Shown here in pieces: positions 52,043 to 64,000 of a DNA stretch of 64,000 nucleotides. The first letter of the stretch is position 1. Each line of letters opens with the position of its first letter. Source of the stretch: Octopus vulgaris (taxonomy: Eukaryota); contig OX597838.1 in assembly GCA_951406725.2 (NCBI GenBank), forward strand, positions 26,784,001 through 26,848,000, written 5' to 3'. The translations under genes were made by a program, and so were the position numbers. The notes beneath the pieces were generated by a model. It had not been told where the DNA came from. It made no database searches and saw only the letters and a list, made by a program, of their open reading frames with translations.

Positions 52043-52270
52043 TGTGTGTGTATCTTTGTGTCTGTTTATCCCCCACTATTGCTTGAATCGACAACTGGTG
52101 TTGGTGTGTTTACATCCCAGAAACTTACTTAGTAGTTTGGCAAAAGAGATCAATAAAATAAATTTGAAGCTGGGAAAAAAAAAAGTACTGGTGTCAATTC
52201 AGTCAACAATTCAAGGCACTGCCCCAGCTTGGGCACAGTCCAATGACTGAAACATGTAGCAGGTAAAAGA
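51240..52270. mobile_element. Two family B SINEs in divergent orientation (minus 51240-51625, plus 51821-52270)
   Basis: Family B motifs on opposite strands about 200 bp apart. Confidence 0.8.
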
Positions 52271-52300
52271 TAATCTGCTCATTAAAAACAGAGTAGTCTT

Positions 52301-53000
52301 CATCATCATCATTCAACGTCCGTTTTCCATGCTAGCACGGGTTGGACGGTTCGACCGGGGTCTGGGAAGCCAGGAGGCTGCACCAGGCTCCAGTCTGATC
52401 TGGCAGTGTTTCTACAGCTGGATGCCCTTCCTAATGCCAACCACTCCATGAGTAGTGGGTGCTTTTTACGTGCCACCGGCACAGGTGCCAGGGGAGTCTG
52501 GCAGCGGCCACGATCGGTTGGTGCTTCTAACGTGCCACTGGCACAGAAGCCAGAGTAGAGAAATCAAATTCAATGACTGTCATCTGTGCTAGTGGAGTGC
52601 TAAGAGTACTATACGAGTGTGATCATTGCCAGAGAGCTGGCCTCCGTGCCGATGGCACATAAAAAAGCACTATTCGAGTGTGATCGTTACCTACGTCACC
52701 TTACTGGCACGTGAAAAAAACATTCGAACGAGCTCGTTGCCAGTGCCGCTGGACTGCTTCCTGTGCAGGTGACACATAAAAAGTACCATTTGAGCGTACT
52801 GCCTGACTGGCCCCCGTGCTGGTGGCACGTAAAAGCACTCACTACACTCTCAGAGTGGTTGGCATTAAGAAGGGTATCCAGCTGTAGAAACTCTGCCAGA
52901 TCATATTGGAGTCTGGTGCAGCCATCTGGTTTGCCAGACCTCAGTCAAATCGTCCAACCCATGCTAGCATGGATAGCGGATGTTAAACAATGATGATGAT
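52301..53000. mobile_element. Family E head-to-head pair (foldback)
   Basis: CATCATCATCATTCAACGTCCGTTTTCCATGCTAGCA on the left and TGCTAGCATGGATAGCGGATGTTAAACAATGATGATG on the right; ~200-bp imperfect inverted arms. Confidence 0.88.
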
Positions 53001-53013
53001 GTATGTGTATATG

Positions 53014-53059
<46 letters not shown>

Positions 53060-53138
53060 CACACACACACATGCATGGATATATATGTCTATGTATATGT
53101 AAAATGTGGATATGAGTGTGTATGTGTACACAGATCTA

Positions 53139-53358
53139 TGAGGGGGTGCTGAAAGGTCTTCGGTTTTGGGTAAAAGAAAATATAGGAGCAATCAGTTAAT
53201 TATGATTTTATTCAACATATTCCCTTCTCAGATTCACACACTTATTGCAGCAGTCCTTCATTTTTTTTTAAGCACTATAAAAGAACTTGGAAGGTCCAGG
53301 TCACCAACCAGACATTTCACGATACTCTTAAAGCCAGGATTTTTTCAGCACACCCTCG
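53139..53358. mobile_element. Mariner-type MITE
   Basis: TIRs TA|TGAGGGGGTGCTGAAA and TTTCAGCACACCCTCG|TG (TA TSD decayed on the right). Confidence 0.75.
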
Positions 53359-53615
53359 TGTATGAATGCATGAGTGTATGTGTGCATGTGTGCATGTAGA
53401 TATGCATGTGTGGGCACATGTATATACATGCACATGTATACACATGCACACATGTATATGCATACATGTTCAAGTATGAGGTTGTAAAGAAGCCGCACAA
53501 CATTTCTGTTAACTATTTTTGGTCTTCCTTTGCCTTATCAGGCTTTGCTGATAAGAAAAAAATTTAGGTTAACGAGTAATTATCTATCTATCAACATTAC
53601 ATTCTTAATTTATAT

Positions 53616-53646
<31 letters not shown>

Positions 53647-53688
53647 ATACACACACACATATATATAATACACATACATACATATATA

Positions 53689-53723
<35 letters not shown>

Positions 53724-53729
53724 TATATA

Positions 53730-53925
53730 AAGTTAATCCAAACATGAAAACACAAAGAGAAAACACAACGCGAGGACATGGAACAAGTATAGTATTATTG
53801 GACGCTCAGAAAAGAAGGAGGGTTTAACGTTTGGAGCGAAGCTCTTCGTCAGAAACATAGGAAAAGGAAAGATCCAAAGAAGGGAAGATGGAGGAAAAAA
53901 ATCGCCAACAGTACACACGCGGTCA
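53730..53925 (-). mobile_element. ~200-bp Penelope-like element with hammerhead motif, copy 3 (diverged subfamily)
   Basis: (TA)n flanks; same order of pyrimidine tract, hammerhead and CTGAGCG..TAATAC. Confidence 0.6.
53822..53856 (-). ncRNA. Minimal type I hammerhead ribozyme motif (G12 to C variant)
   Basis: Minus strand GTTT-CTGACGA-A-GAGC-TTC-GCTC-CAAAC-GTT-AAAC. Confidence 0.5.
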
Positions 53926-54261
53926 TATATATGTATATATAGGTTATATATACATAGATAGAGAGATTTAAAACTAATTGCCAGATTTGTTGTGATGTAT
54001 CGACATTTATCCATCAATGGGTTATCACAAACATATGCATACATAAGCACAGACAGACAGACACACACAGTGAATGGTCCATTACAAAAGCCGTCACCAA
54101 TGGTGCTATTCTTCACAAATGCAGGACATAAAAACAAAAACATGAGACAGAAACTCAATGCCCCCACCACCACCACCACCATCACCATTTGCATTGTGAA
54201 TGCTACAGTGATGTTATAGATGTATGTGTGTTTGTGCATGTGAGTGAGTGAGTGATATGTT

Positions 54262-54715
54262 TATGTTGGTGAGTGTATCCGATGTTCTTCTGTGTTGATA
54301 GTAAGGAAGCAGATGTACATTCGAGATGTGATATCTTCAATCTGTTTGTTTGGAGCCAGGTTTCTTGATGATTGATGTAGGCCTGGAGCAGGTTTGCAGA
54401 TTCCTCGAGGGTCGGGACGGGAGCGTTGGCGAAAGGAAAGAGATGTGATATCACCTGCATATGAAATTGCACGTATGGTTTTTCCAGGATACAGGAAGGT
54501 CGTGTGACGTTTTTGAGTTAAAAAGTGTGGGAGGGAAGATGGTTCCTTGTGGTACACCATCTGGAAAATGACAGAGTCAAGGTGTGTTGCTCTCATTGTA
54601 CTGCATTCACCCTTGAAATCCGAGAAGTAAGTTTTTCACCTGCCAGAATTTTGTGTATTTGTGATAAGAAAGTTTGGAATATTTTGTTTGTAAGGAAATG
54701 GAATTAAATATTTGC
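54262..54715 (-). pseudogene. I/Jockey-like LINE reverse transcriptase fragment
   Basis: GVPQGTIFPPTLFN (from 54558 downward), ISYAGDIT (YADD-box variant) and LQAYINHQETWLQTNRLKIS, with frameshifts. Confidence 0.85.
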
Positions 54716-55399
54716 AAATCATCATCATCATCACCACCACTGTCATCACCATCATCATCATTATTGTCATCACCATCATCATCATCACTATTGTTATCAC
54801 CATCATTGCCATCACTACCATCATCATCATCATCATCATGGTGTCCTATGGAAGTCAAAAAAGGGATTGCGATATTTGTGTAAGTGGTAGGCCCATACCT
54901 AGCATCATGTGATTACGTCCTGTGTGTGTGTAAGGGTGTGTGCATGCGTGTATGTGTGTGTGTGTGTGTATGCAAGCATCTGATTTTGTAAGGCCCCTGT
55001 GTGTCTGGTATAAGGAAAGACGGGATCAAGGTCATGGCCTAAGCGAAAGGGGCCATATCTTGCATCTTGCATCAGGACCAATATTGGATAAAGAATTTGA
55101 CAAAAGGAGTTTACTTGTTATTGGATTGCAGTTGAATTTACTCCAAGTTGACATTGCAAAATATGATGTGGTGGTGAACCATTGTTAAAGTAATTGACGT
55201 TGCTAATTAGAGTTAATGATGTTGCTAATTGCAGTGTTTTACTTCTTGTTATGCGGTTTATATTAAATAACAAAAAAAAAAAAGTTGTTTCTTTTTTTTC
55301 TTTTTTTCAGTTTTCTGCTTCTCCTTATTTTCTTTTCTTTGTTGGTTACATTTTTATATATTTACTTTTTATATTGACTTTTTATTTTCTGCGGTATTG

Positions 55400-55785
55400 G
55401 TGGTGGTACATTGTGGTGGTAGGTGCTGGTGGTGTTTTTGAGGATGTTCCTGGTTTTTATCAGTTTGGCTACTTTGGTCGGCAGAAAGAAATTTTTTGGG
55501 GACGGGGGCACATGGAAGCAGGGGGTTACGCATGTCGGATATAGTATTTTTGCTCTGCTTGAATTTGTTTTCCAATTTCTTTTTGTATGTTTCTTCATTA
55601 TTGGTTTGTCAGAATGAATATATTGGCTCTCCCTCATACATACACATTTATCTATCTATCTACATGCATATACACACACACGGACAGCACCGTTGATGAA
55701 TTCTGCAAACTGCAGTTCAATATCTTGCTTGAAGTAATTCCACTAGGGAATTTTGTAGTTTCTGATTTGCTCTTTGATGTGTAAG
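55400..55785 (-). mobile_element. Probable upstream ORF2 pieces of the same LINE
   Basis: Minus strand IRNYKIP*WNYFKQDIE and LPTKVAKLIKTRNILK resemble the endonuclease-RT linker of I/Jockey elements. Confidence 0.5.
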
Positions 55786-56754
55786 AACATTATGATGTGA
55801 TAACCATGATTACGATGATGGTGATGATGATGATGATGAAGATGATGTTGTTGATGATGATGACAATATTGATGATTATGATGAAGACAATGTTGATGAT
55901 TATGATGAAGACAATGTTGATGATGATGATGATGATGATGATGATGCCACAGCTAATGATGATGATGAGTATGGTGTTGATAATAATGACAGGCATAGTT
56001 TGTTGCTGCAGCAAGATGCTGCAGTCCTGAAAGTCTCTGCCACCATGTTCACAACCACTCCCATCCATCGCCCAAACACCCACCCCCACATTCACCCAAC
56101 GACAAGCACTACTTCAACGAGAGTCTACATCTCCCACCAAACCACTCAACTACCCACCCAATCCAGGCAAAGACAAATCACACATACACACACAGAGCAT
56201 CAATACCCTTATTAACCCAACACCTTGAAAACTGTGGTGAGATGCAAACTAATTCGGGATTTCTAAGGACTTTTTGAGAGAATCCCTAACCAAGTGCGTG
56301 GCTTGACTTTTAGAGGCCCCCCTGCAACTTTTTATTTTGAGGCCCCATCTCTTCAATCAAAATCCATGATCTATGCACCTATTATTCATGGCTATATTTT
56401 ACTTTATTCTGTCTGAAGTTCAATATTTCATGTTATCCTAAAGAACGTATTTAGGTAGGGACGTTCTTGGCACAATGCAAGAACTTTTGCAGATACAGTG
56501 TATTACCATTTTATTTCTTGAAATTTTCAGTTAACATAGTTTAGTTCTTGTTCGACATCTTAACCAAAGTAAACAGATGACTCATCTATGTACTTTGATC
56601 TTCACATGGGGCCCCTCAACCACATAGGCCCTCTGTGACTGCAGGGGTTGCAGGGGCTTAGCGACAGCCTTGGCGCTAACCTGTAAAAATGTCTCAGAGC
56701 CTTTGCTAAAATCTTACTCCTGAAGCTCTCACGAAATTTAAGGTCTATATGTAC

Positions 56755-57110
56755 AGGCATGGCCATGTAGTAAGACATTTTCATCCCAACCACATGGTTC
56801 TGGGTTCAGTTCCACTGTGTGGAACCTTGGACAAGTGTCTCTCCAGGCAGAACAAATTTCTGTGAGGGGATTTAGTAGACAGAAACTGAAAGATCATAGA
56901 AGGCGGTGAGCTGGCAGAAACGCTAGCATGCCAGGTGAAATGCTTAGCGGTATTTCGTCTGCCGTTACGTTCTGAGTTCAAATCCCGCCGAAGTCAACTT
57001 TGCCTTTCATCCTTTTGGGAGTCGATAAAATAAGTACCACTGGGGTCAATGTAATCGACTCATCCCCTCCCCCCCAAATTACTGCCCTTGTGGCAAAATT
57101 TGAAATCATT
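56755..57110 (+). mobile_element. Family B 5' half followed by a family A SINE (56900-57110)
   Basis: Recognisable heads of both families. Confidence 0.85.
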
Positions 57111-57779
57111 ATTATTATTATTATAATTAATATTATTATTATAATTAATATTATTATTATTATTATTATTAAAGCAGCAAACAGACAAAATCATTGGTGC
57201 ACAGGACAAAATGCTTAGTGGCTTTTCTTCCAACTTATGGGGTCAATGAAATAAATACCAGCTGAGTACTGGGGTTGGTGTAATCAACTAAACCCCTCCC
57301 CTCAGATTTCAAGCCTTATGCCTATAGCAAAAAGGATCATTATTATTATACATGTTCAACATATAAGATATAGAAAATGATTACGAAAATGGAAAAAGCA
57401 TTTTTTCACTTTTTCTTTTTCCTGCTTTTCAATAAAACATGAAAATTCTAATCCGGTTAGCTTGTTCAAAGAAATAAGGAAATAAATTCCATACACAATG
57501 AGTGAGTGGGTTTCCTGGCATTTCTCTTGTTGAAAGAAAATTCTCGGTGAAGTTGATGGATCACTTCAAATTGTGTTGCTATTTCTAGCAAGAAATAATT
57601 GTTATGTTATCGACCCATCTCTCTCCAGTGAAGCATGGCAGAATGCTTGAGTGTATGTGTGTGTGTGTGTGCAGATACATGTGTGCATATGTGCGTGTGC
57701 GTATGTAATATGCTCCAATATTGGACTATTTTCTTTAGTCAATACATGGTGAATGCTTATAATTATTATCATTTACAGA

Positions 57780-57833
57780 ATATATATATATATATATGCA
57801 CACATACATAACTGCATGTATGTTTGTGAATGC

Positions 57834-57905
<72 letters not shown>

Positions 57906-58051
57906 ACAAAAATATATATATATATATATAAACACACAAATATATAAATATATATATATATATATAAACACATAAATATATATATATATATATAAACACA
58001 TAAATATATATATATATATAAACACATATATATATATATATATATATATAA

Positions 58052-58088
<37 letters not shown>

Positions 58089-58202
58089 AATATATATATA
58101 TATATATAAACACATAAATATATATATATATATAAACACATAAATATATATATATATATATATATAAACACATAATATATATATATATATATACATAAAC
58201 AC

Positions 58203-58291
<89 letters not shown>

Positions 58292-58371
58292 CATATACAT
58301 ATATATACATATATGTATACATATATATATATATACATGTATGTAATATATGCACACATTACATGAATGTG

Positions 58372-58403
<32 letters not shown>

Positions 58404-58490
58404 GCACATACATGTATGTGATATATGCATATATATATATATTACATGAATGGGATATATATATGTATATATATATACATACACACTATT
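57780..58490. repeat. Long (TA)n array with AAACACA(T)A interruptions
   Basis: Directly visible. Confidence 0.97.
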
Positions 58491-58959
58491 ATGACGATAC
58501 ATACATATATAATCGTCATTTAATGTCCGTCTTCCATGCTGCCATGAGTTGGATAATTCAATAGGATCTGCTAAGTCAAAGGATTGTGCTCAGCTCTTAT
58601 GTCTGCATTGGCACGGCAACACACACACACACACACATTTTTGTACACATGTCTGTATGCTCTATACACATATAGAGTAACTATAATTACTTCGATACCA
58701 AGGTATCTGAGATCTGGACACAGTTATCTTCCCTAAAGATTTAACAACTATACCACATAAATGAAAGGAAACAAAAGCCCAAGAAAACAAAGCATTTCTT
58801 GCTTTGCAAACATCAACAAAAAACAAAACAAAACATGACTTATTAAAGTAGGGGGCACCGCATTTCATATACAGTGTTATTCCTAGATCTTGGTTCTGAA
58901 TTCTGTCAATGGAGCAAACTGCTAAGAGCACCCAAAGATCTGGAGGTGGTGTTATACGA

Positions 58960-59940
58960 GTGATAGGTTAAGCCTACCAGAAGGAACACAGTCTTCAATG
59001 ATCGGGACATGTAGCAAGAATGGGGCAGAAACGTTAGCATGCCGGGCGAAATGCTTAGTAGTATTTCGTCTGCTGTTTCGTTCTGAGTTCAAATTTTGCC
59101 AGGGTCGACTTTGCCTTTCAACCTTTCGGGGTCAATAAATTAAGTACCAGTTACGCACTGAGGTCGATGTAATCGACTTAATCTCTTTGTCTGTCCTTGT
59201 TTGTCCCCTTGTGGGTAGTAAAGAAATAGGTATTTCGTCTGCCGCTGCGTTCTGAGTTCAAATTCCACTGAGGTCGACTTTCGGGGTAGATAAATTAAGT
59301 ACCAGTTACACACTGGGGTCGATGTAATCGACTTAATCCCTTTGTCTGTCTCCCCTATGTTTAGCCCCTTGCGGGTAGTAAAGAAATAGGTATTTCGTCT
59401 GCCGCTACGTTCTGAGTTCAAATTCCGCCGAGGTCGACTTTGCCTTTCAACCTTTCAGAGTCGATAAATTAAGTACCAGTCACACACTGGGATCGATGTA
59501 ATCAACTTAATCCCTTTGTCTGTCCTTGTTTGTCCCCTCTATGTTTAGCTCTTTGTGGGCAATAAAGAAATAAGAAAATAGAATGGAAGAGTCGAGTTTC
59601 CCATGGCAAGTCTTATTTAGAAAGTTCACTTCAGGAAGAAGACTACAGGGTAGCCCTCTTCCAAGCTACAAGGACCAACTCAAATCAACACCGAAAGCTG
59701 CTGGGATTGAGCCTGAATTGTTTGAAACACAGGCACGAGACTGTACCAAGTGGTGGTGTTCCATTACTATTGGGACACAAAAATTCAAAGCCTCCAGAAG
59801 AGAAAAGGAAGAAATCAAACGACAGGAAAGAAAGGCTCGACAGAATCAACCTCGTCCTCCACTAGCATTGCCATGCAGTCAACACCATTGACTCTTCTGG
59901 GCAAGAATTGGTCTACAGAGTCATCAATGACATCACCATA
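58960..59940 (+). mobile_element. RTE/BovB-like LINE 3' remnant interrupted by a SINE trimer
   Basis: LQ*SGHVARM joins EESSFPWQVLF..GRRLQG..YKDQLK..ARIGLQSH once 59024-59579 and one TSD copy are removed. Confidence 0.85.
59024..59579 (+). mobile_element. SINE family A trimer
   Basis: Three units joined at AAGAAATAGGTATTTCGTCT; single TSD AGAATGG at 59017-59023 and 59580-59586. Confidence 0.9.
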
Positions 59941-60292
59941 AAGGAAGCATTCAGCAAAAAAAAAAAAAAAGGAATTTTCAGATGAGAGATAAAGCTGATG
60001 ACAGCCAGATATAATATAACAGTAAACAAAAAGAGTAGAGAAGTGGTTCTTAGAATATTGGCAAAAGTGGTGGGAAGCATAAAAGTGGATATAGTTAGGC
60101 ACCAATTTGAAACGGTAATACAAACATGGCTTTGTGTCCCACAAATGACCCTCACCACCCCCGAAAAAATATTTTAAAAGTGAGATGCAAGCCTGGTTTT
60201 ATCTCATCCTTAACCAGAAATATATAGCCATGTGGTTGAGGAGTTTGCTTCTCAACTACATGGTTTCGGGGTCAGTTCAACTGTGTGGCACC

Positions 60293-60868
60293 TTAACCCT
60301 TTCGTTACCAACCCGGCTGAAACCAGCTCTGGCTCTGTAGTACAAATGTCTTGCTTTCATAAGTTTTGAATTAAAATCTTTCACCAAACCTTTGTCACAA
60401 TTTATGTTCCTAACACTAGCTAAATGATAACTATGTTATTTTACTAAAGTCTCTGTTATATTTAAAGTTAATTCAAAGAAACACTGAGCATCTCAACAGT
60501 AATATGGCAGCAAAATGGTTAAGGCATTAACCCTTTATTTTACTAAATTCTTTGTTATAATTTTACTAAATTCTTTGTTATATCTAAAGTAATTGAAAGA
60601 AACACAAAGCATCTCAAAATAAATACGGTATCGAAAGGGTTAACCCTTTCGTTACCAACCCGGCTGAAACCAGCTCTGGCTCCTGAGTACAAATGTCTTG
60701 CTTTCATAAGTTTTGAATTAAAATCTTTCACCAAACCTTAGTCACAATTTATGTTCCTAAAACTAGCTTAATGATAACTAAGTTATTTTATTAAATTCTT
60801 TGTTATATTTAAAGTAATTAGAAGAAACACAGAGCATCTCAAAATAAATACAGATATGAAAGGGTGAA
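60293..60868. mobile_element. Tandem piggyBac-like MITEs inside a family B SINE (60225-60950)
   Basis: TTAA|CCCTTTCGTTACC..GGTATCGAAAGGG|TTAA. Units at 60297-60518, 60531-60639 and 60644-60864. The host resumes at GCAAGTGTCTTC. Confidence 0.85.
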
Positions 60869-61509
60869 GCAAGTGTCTTCTTCTTTAGGCTCAGGTTGAG
60901 CAAAGACCTTGTGAGTGGATTTGGTAGATGGAAACAGAAATAAAGTCTTTGAATATATACATACACACACACACGTTTGTGTGTGTGCTGTATATGGAAA
61001 CATTTCCTATCATACTTGGTAAGTGATATAAAGAGAAAACAAGGAAGAGATCAAAAGAGAGATAGAAGTGAGGAAGAGGGAGAGGTGAAGGAGAGACGAG
61101 GAAAGAGGGGCAATCAATGAGAGAGAAGGATGATCAAGAGAGAGGGAGGAACTAGAAAAAGATACTGCGAGAAAGACTCTAAGACAAGGGGGGGGGGTGA
61201 AAGAGTAAGAGAGAAAGTGAAAAAAGAGGAAATGAAAGCAACAGAGAGAAAGAAGCAGAGACAGGTAATGAGAGGGAAAAGGGGATGAAGGAGGAAAGAG
61301 GGGAGATGGTGGAAAATAAAGAAAAAGGAAACAAGGACGACAATAAAACTGCATCCAGTTTCCAATGTGTCCCCACCGGCACCAGGCAAGGCCCCGTTTC
61401 CTACATCCTTCATTCTCCACCACAGACCAAGAAAAATGATGAGGGGATGGTGGTAATGATGATATTGGTGGTGGTGGTAGTGGTAGTGGTGGTCGGGGGG
61501 GGAAGAGGA

Positions 61510-61565
61510 ACAGATGAATTACCTAATAGAAGAAAATTAGAAAATTATACAAATAAAAAAAAATT
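61510..61565 (-). other. Candidate recursive splice site
   Basis: Minus strand TTTTTTATTTGTATAATTTTCTAATTTTCTTCTATTAG|GTAATT, junction 61523/61522. Confidence 0.3.
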
Positions 61566-61619
61566 ACATAAAACTTGAATAAATAAACAGAGTTTATATT
61601 ACGAGATAGAGAGGGACGT

Positions 61620-61829
61620 ATATGCATGTTTGTGCATGTGTGTGTGTGTGTGTGTATGTGTGTGTGTGTGTGTGTGTATGCATGTGTGTGCCTGTATATA
61701 TATATATATATGCTTGTATATACATATATATATACACATATATATATATATATATATATATATGCTTGTATATACATATATACATACAAATATATATATA
61801 TATATATGCTTGTATATACATATATATAT

Positions 61830-61867
<38 letters not shown>

Positions 61868-61975
61868 ATATACATATATATATACTGCTTGTATATACAT
61901 ATATATATACACACAATATATATATATACTTGTATATACATATATATATACAAATATATATATATATATTTTTAT
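61620..61975. repeat. TA minisatellite with a TGCTTGTATATACA unit
   Basis: The unit recurs about five times. Confidence 0.92.
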
Positions 61976-62255
61976 ATTATGTGCAATTTATTTTTACAAA
62001 AAAAAAGGGGACATGTGGTGAACAAACACAGAAAAGAAAGGTAACATTAACTAACCCTGTACCCTTTTCTCTTTCAACATGCCAAAAAAAAAGTGTGTGT
62101 GTGTATACACATATATATGTAGGCAATTTGGGTCCTTTTTTTTTCACTCTTTTTGTCTGGTGTGGCATGATGGGATGGGATGGGATGTGGTGGGTTGTTT
62201 CTTTGCTTTCTCAGTTAAAGAAGCCAGGTTGTAACATTAAGTAGGGTTTCAGTTA

Positions 62256-62316
<61 letters not shown>

Positions 62317-62318
<2 letters not shown>

Positions 62319-62558
62319 TTTTGTTTCAGTTATTTGATGGTGACCATGCTGGAGCATCACCTTAAAGGATTTCTAGTCAAAGAAATCAAAACCAGGATTT
62401 ATTCTTTGTCTGCCTAGGGCTTATTCTATTGGTCTCTTTTGCCAAACTGCTAAGTTACGAGGATGTAAACACACCAACATTGGTTGTCAAGTGATGGTGG
62501 GAGGGGACAAACACAAACACAAAAACACACACACACATAAATATATACATTATATATA

Positions 62559-62593
<35 letters not shown>

Positions 62594-63130
62594 GGCGCAG
62601 GAGTGGCTGTGTGGTAAGTAGCTTGCTTACCAACCACATGGTTCCGGGTTCAGTTCCACTGCGTGGCACCTTGGGCAAGTGTCTTCTACTATAGCTTCGG
62701 CCGACCAAAGCCTTGTGAGTGGATTTGGTAGACGGAAACTGAAAGAAGCCTGTCCTATATATGTATGTGTGTGTGTATGTGCTTGTGTATTTGTGTTTGT
62801 CCCTCCAACATTGCTTGACAACCGATGCTGGTGTGTTTAGGTCCTTGTAACTTAGCGGTTCGGACACAAAGCGACCGATAGAATAAGTACTGGGCTTACA
62901 AAGAATAAGTCTACCAAATTTGCTTGACTAAAGGCGGTTGGCCCAGCATGGCACAGTCACATGACTGAAACAAGTAAAAGAGTAAAAGAGTATATATATT
63001 GGGCTTCTTTCAGTTTCCATCTACCAAATCCACTCAGGTTTTTTTTTGTCAGCCCAGTAGAAGACAGTTGCCTAAGGTTCTATGCAAGCGAGACTGAATC
63101 TGGAACCCATGTGGTTGGGAAACCTCTGCC
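62317..63130. mobile_element. Plus-strand family B SINE (62593-62990) nested in the internal microsatellite of a minus-strand family B SINE
   Basis: The minus copy's 3' half (62317-62520) and 5' half (63000-63130) flank a full plus copy. Confidence 0.85.
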
Positions 63131-63539
63131 TGTGTAAATAAAATTTAAGAAAAAAACAAAAACAAAAAAAAACAAGAAGCATCTTTGATTCATAGGTTCT
63201 GCTGGATGTGACAGCTGACCTGGGGCTAAACATCTACACTACCACTGCTTTTAAGCAAGCTGAATTTCAACAACCCTTCCACCCTATCAAATCTTGATTT
63301 AGTTCCCTAACCCCATTATCCACCCTCCACTCTCATTCTCTCTCTCTCCCCCACCCTTCCTCACCAAATCCCTACTTCTTCCTGAACTACACCCCTCCCT
63401 TCTGCCACCACCGTAACCACACTAAACAAATACTATCACTGAACACTAAATCTTCTAATACTAAGGACATATGTTCTGCAATCTCTGGAGAGAAGAGCTT
63501 TTCGCACATGTGAAGAAGGGCTGTAGATTTTGTAATCAA

Positions 63540-64000
63540 ATGCTGGCGGTGGTGGCGGTGTGGTGGTGGCAGTGATGGTAGTAGTGTTAGTGATGATAGT
63601 GGGGATAGAAGTTGGAATTGTGGTGGTGGTAGTAATCATAGTAGTAGTAGTAGTAGTAGTGATAGTAGTAGTGGTGGTGATGGTGGTGTTCTTTAATTAT
63701 GCTAATGAAAATAGCAATTGTGATGGCAGTAGTAGTGGTGGTGGTGATAGTGGTGGTAGTAGTGGTGGTGATGGTGGTAGTAGCAGTAGCAATGGTGGTG
63801 GTGTTCTTTAATTATGCTAATGAAAATAGCAATGGTGATGGCCGTAGTAGTAGAAGTAGTAGTAGTAGTAGTGATGGTGGTGGTAGTGGTGGTAGTAGTA
63901 GTAGTAGTAGTAGTGTGTTTGCTGTGGTGGTAGTGGTAGTTGAGGTTAGAATAATAATAGATCACTGTGGTAGTAGTAGTAGTAGTAGTGGTGGTAGTAA
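63540..64000. repeat. (TGG/TAG)n low-complexity tract with a duplicated GGTGTTCTTTAATTATGCTAATGAAAATAGCAAT
   Basis: Directly visible. Confidence 0.92.

Noticed and set aside
56290-56672. Possible MITE with GGCCCC-rich ends
   Set aside because: I could not define convincing TIRs or a TSD by eye.

Overview
AT-rich, extremely repeat-dense eukaryotic DNA. The SINE repertoire and the TA/CA/GATA/TAG/AAT microsatellite load suggest a coleoid cephalopod, probably an octopus (inference). I find no intact protein-coding gene. Nearly all ORFs in the track are translations of microsatellites or SINEs. The real coding remnants are all from transposons: RTE-clade LINEs, an I/Jockey-like LINE, a Helitron PIF1 helicase, a Tc1 transposase N-terminus and a mariner C-terminus. 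Also present are about five SINE-type families, hAT, mariner and piggyBac MITEs, non-autonomous Helitrons, a candidate solo LTR and a 5S rRNA fragment. The signals most worth following up are: (1) three minus-strand polypyrimidine-AG|GT sites that look like recursive splice points in a giant intron; (2) a ~200-bp element in (TA)n tracts carrying a degenerate minimal type I hammerhead ribozyme; (3) a SINE occurring as head-to-tail multimers, with target duplications matching its own junction; (4) repeated head-to-head foldback pairs; (5) an array of GCAA-tetraloop hairpins. All calls were made by eye, and element boundaries are approximate unless TSDs or TIRs are given.
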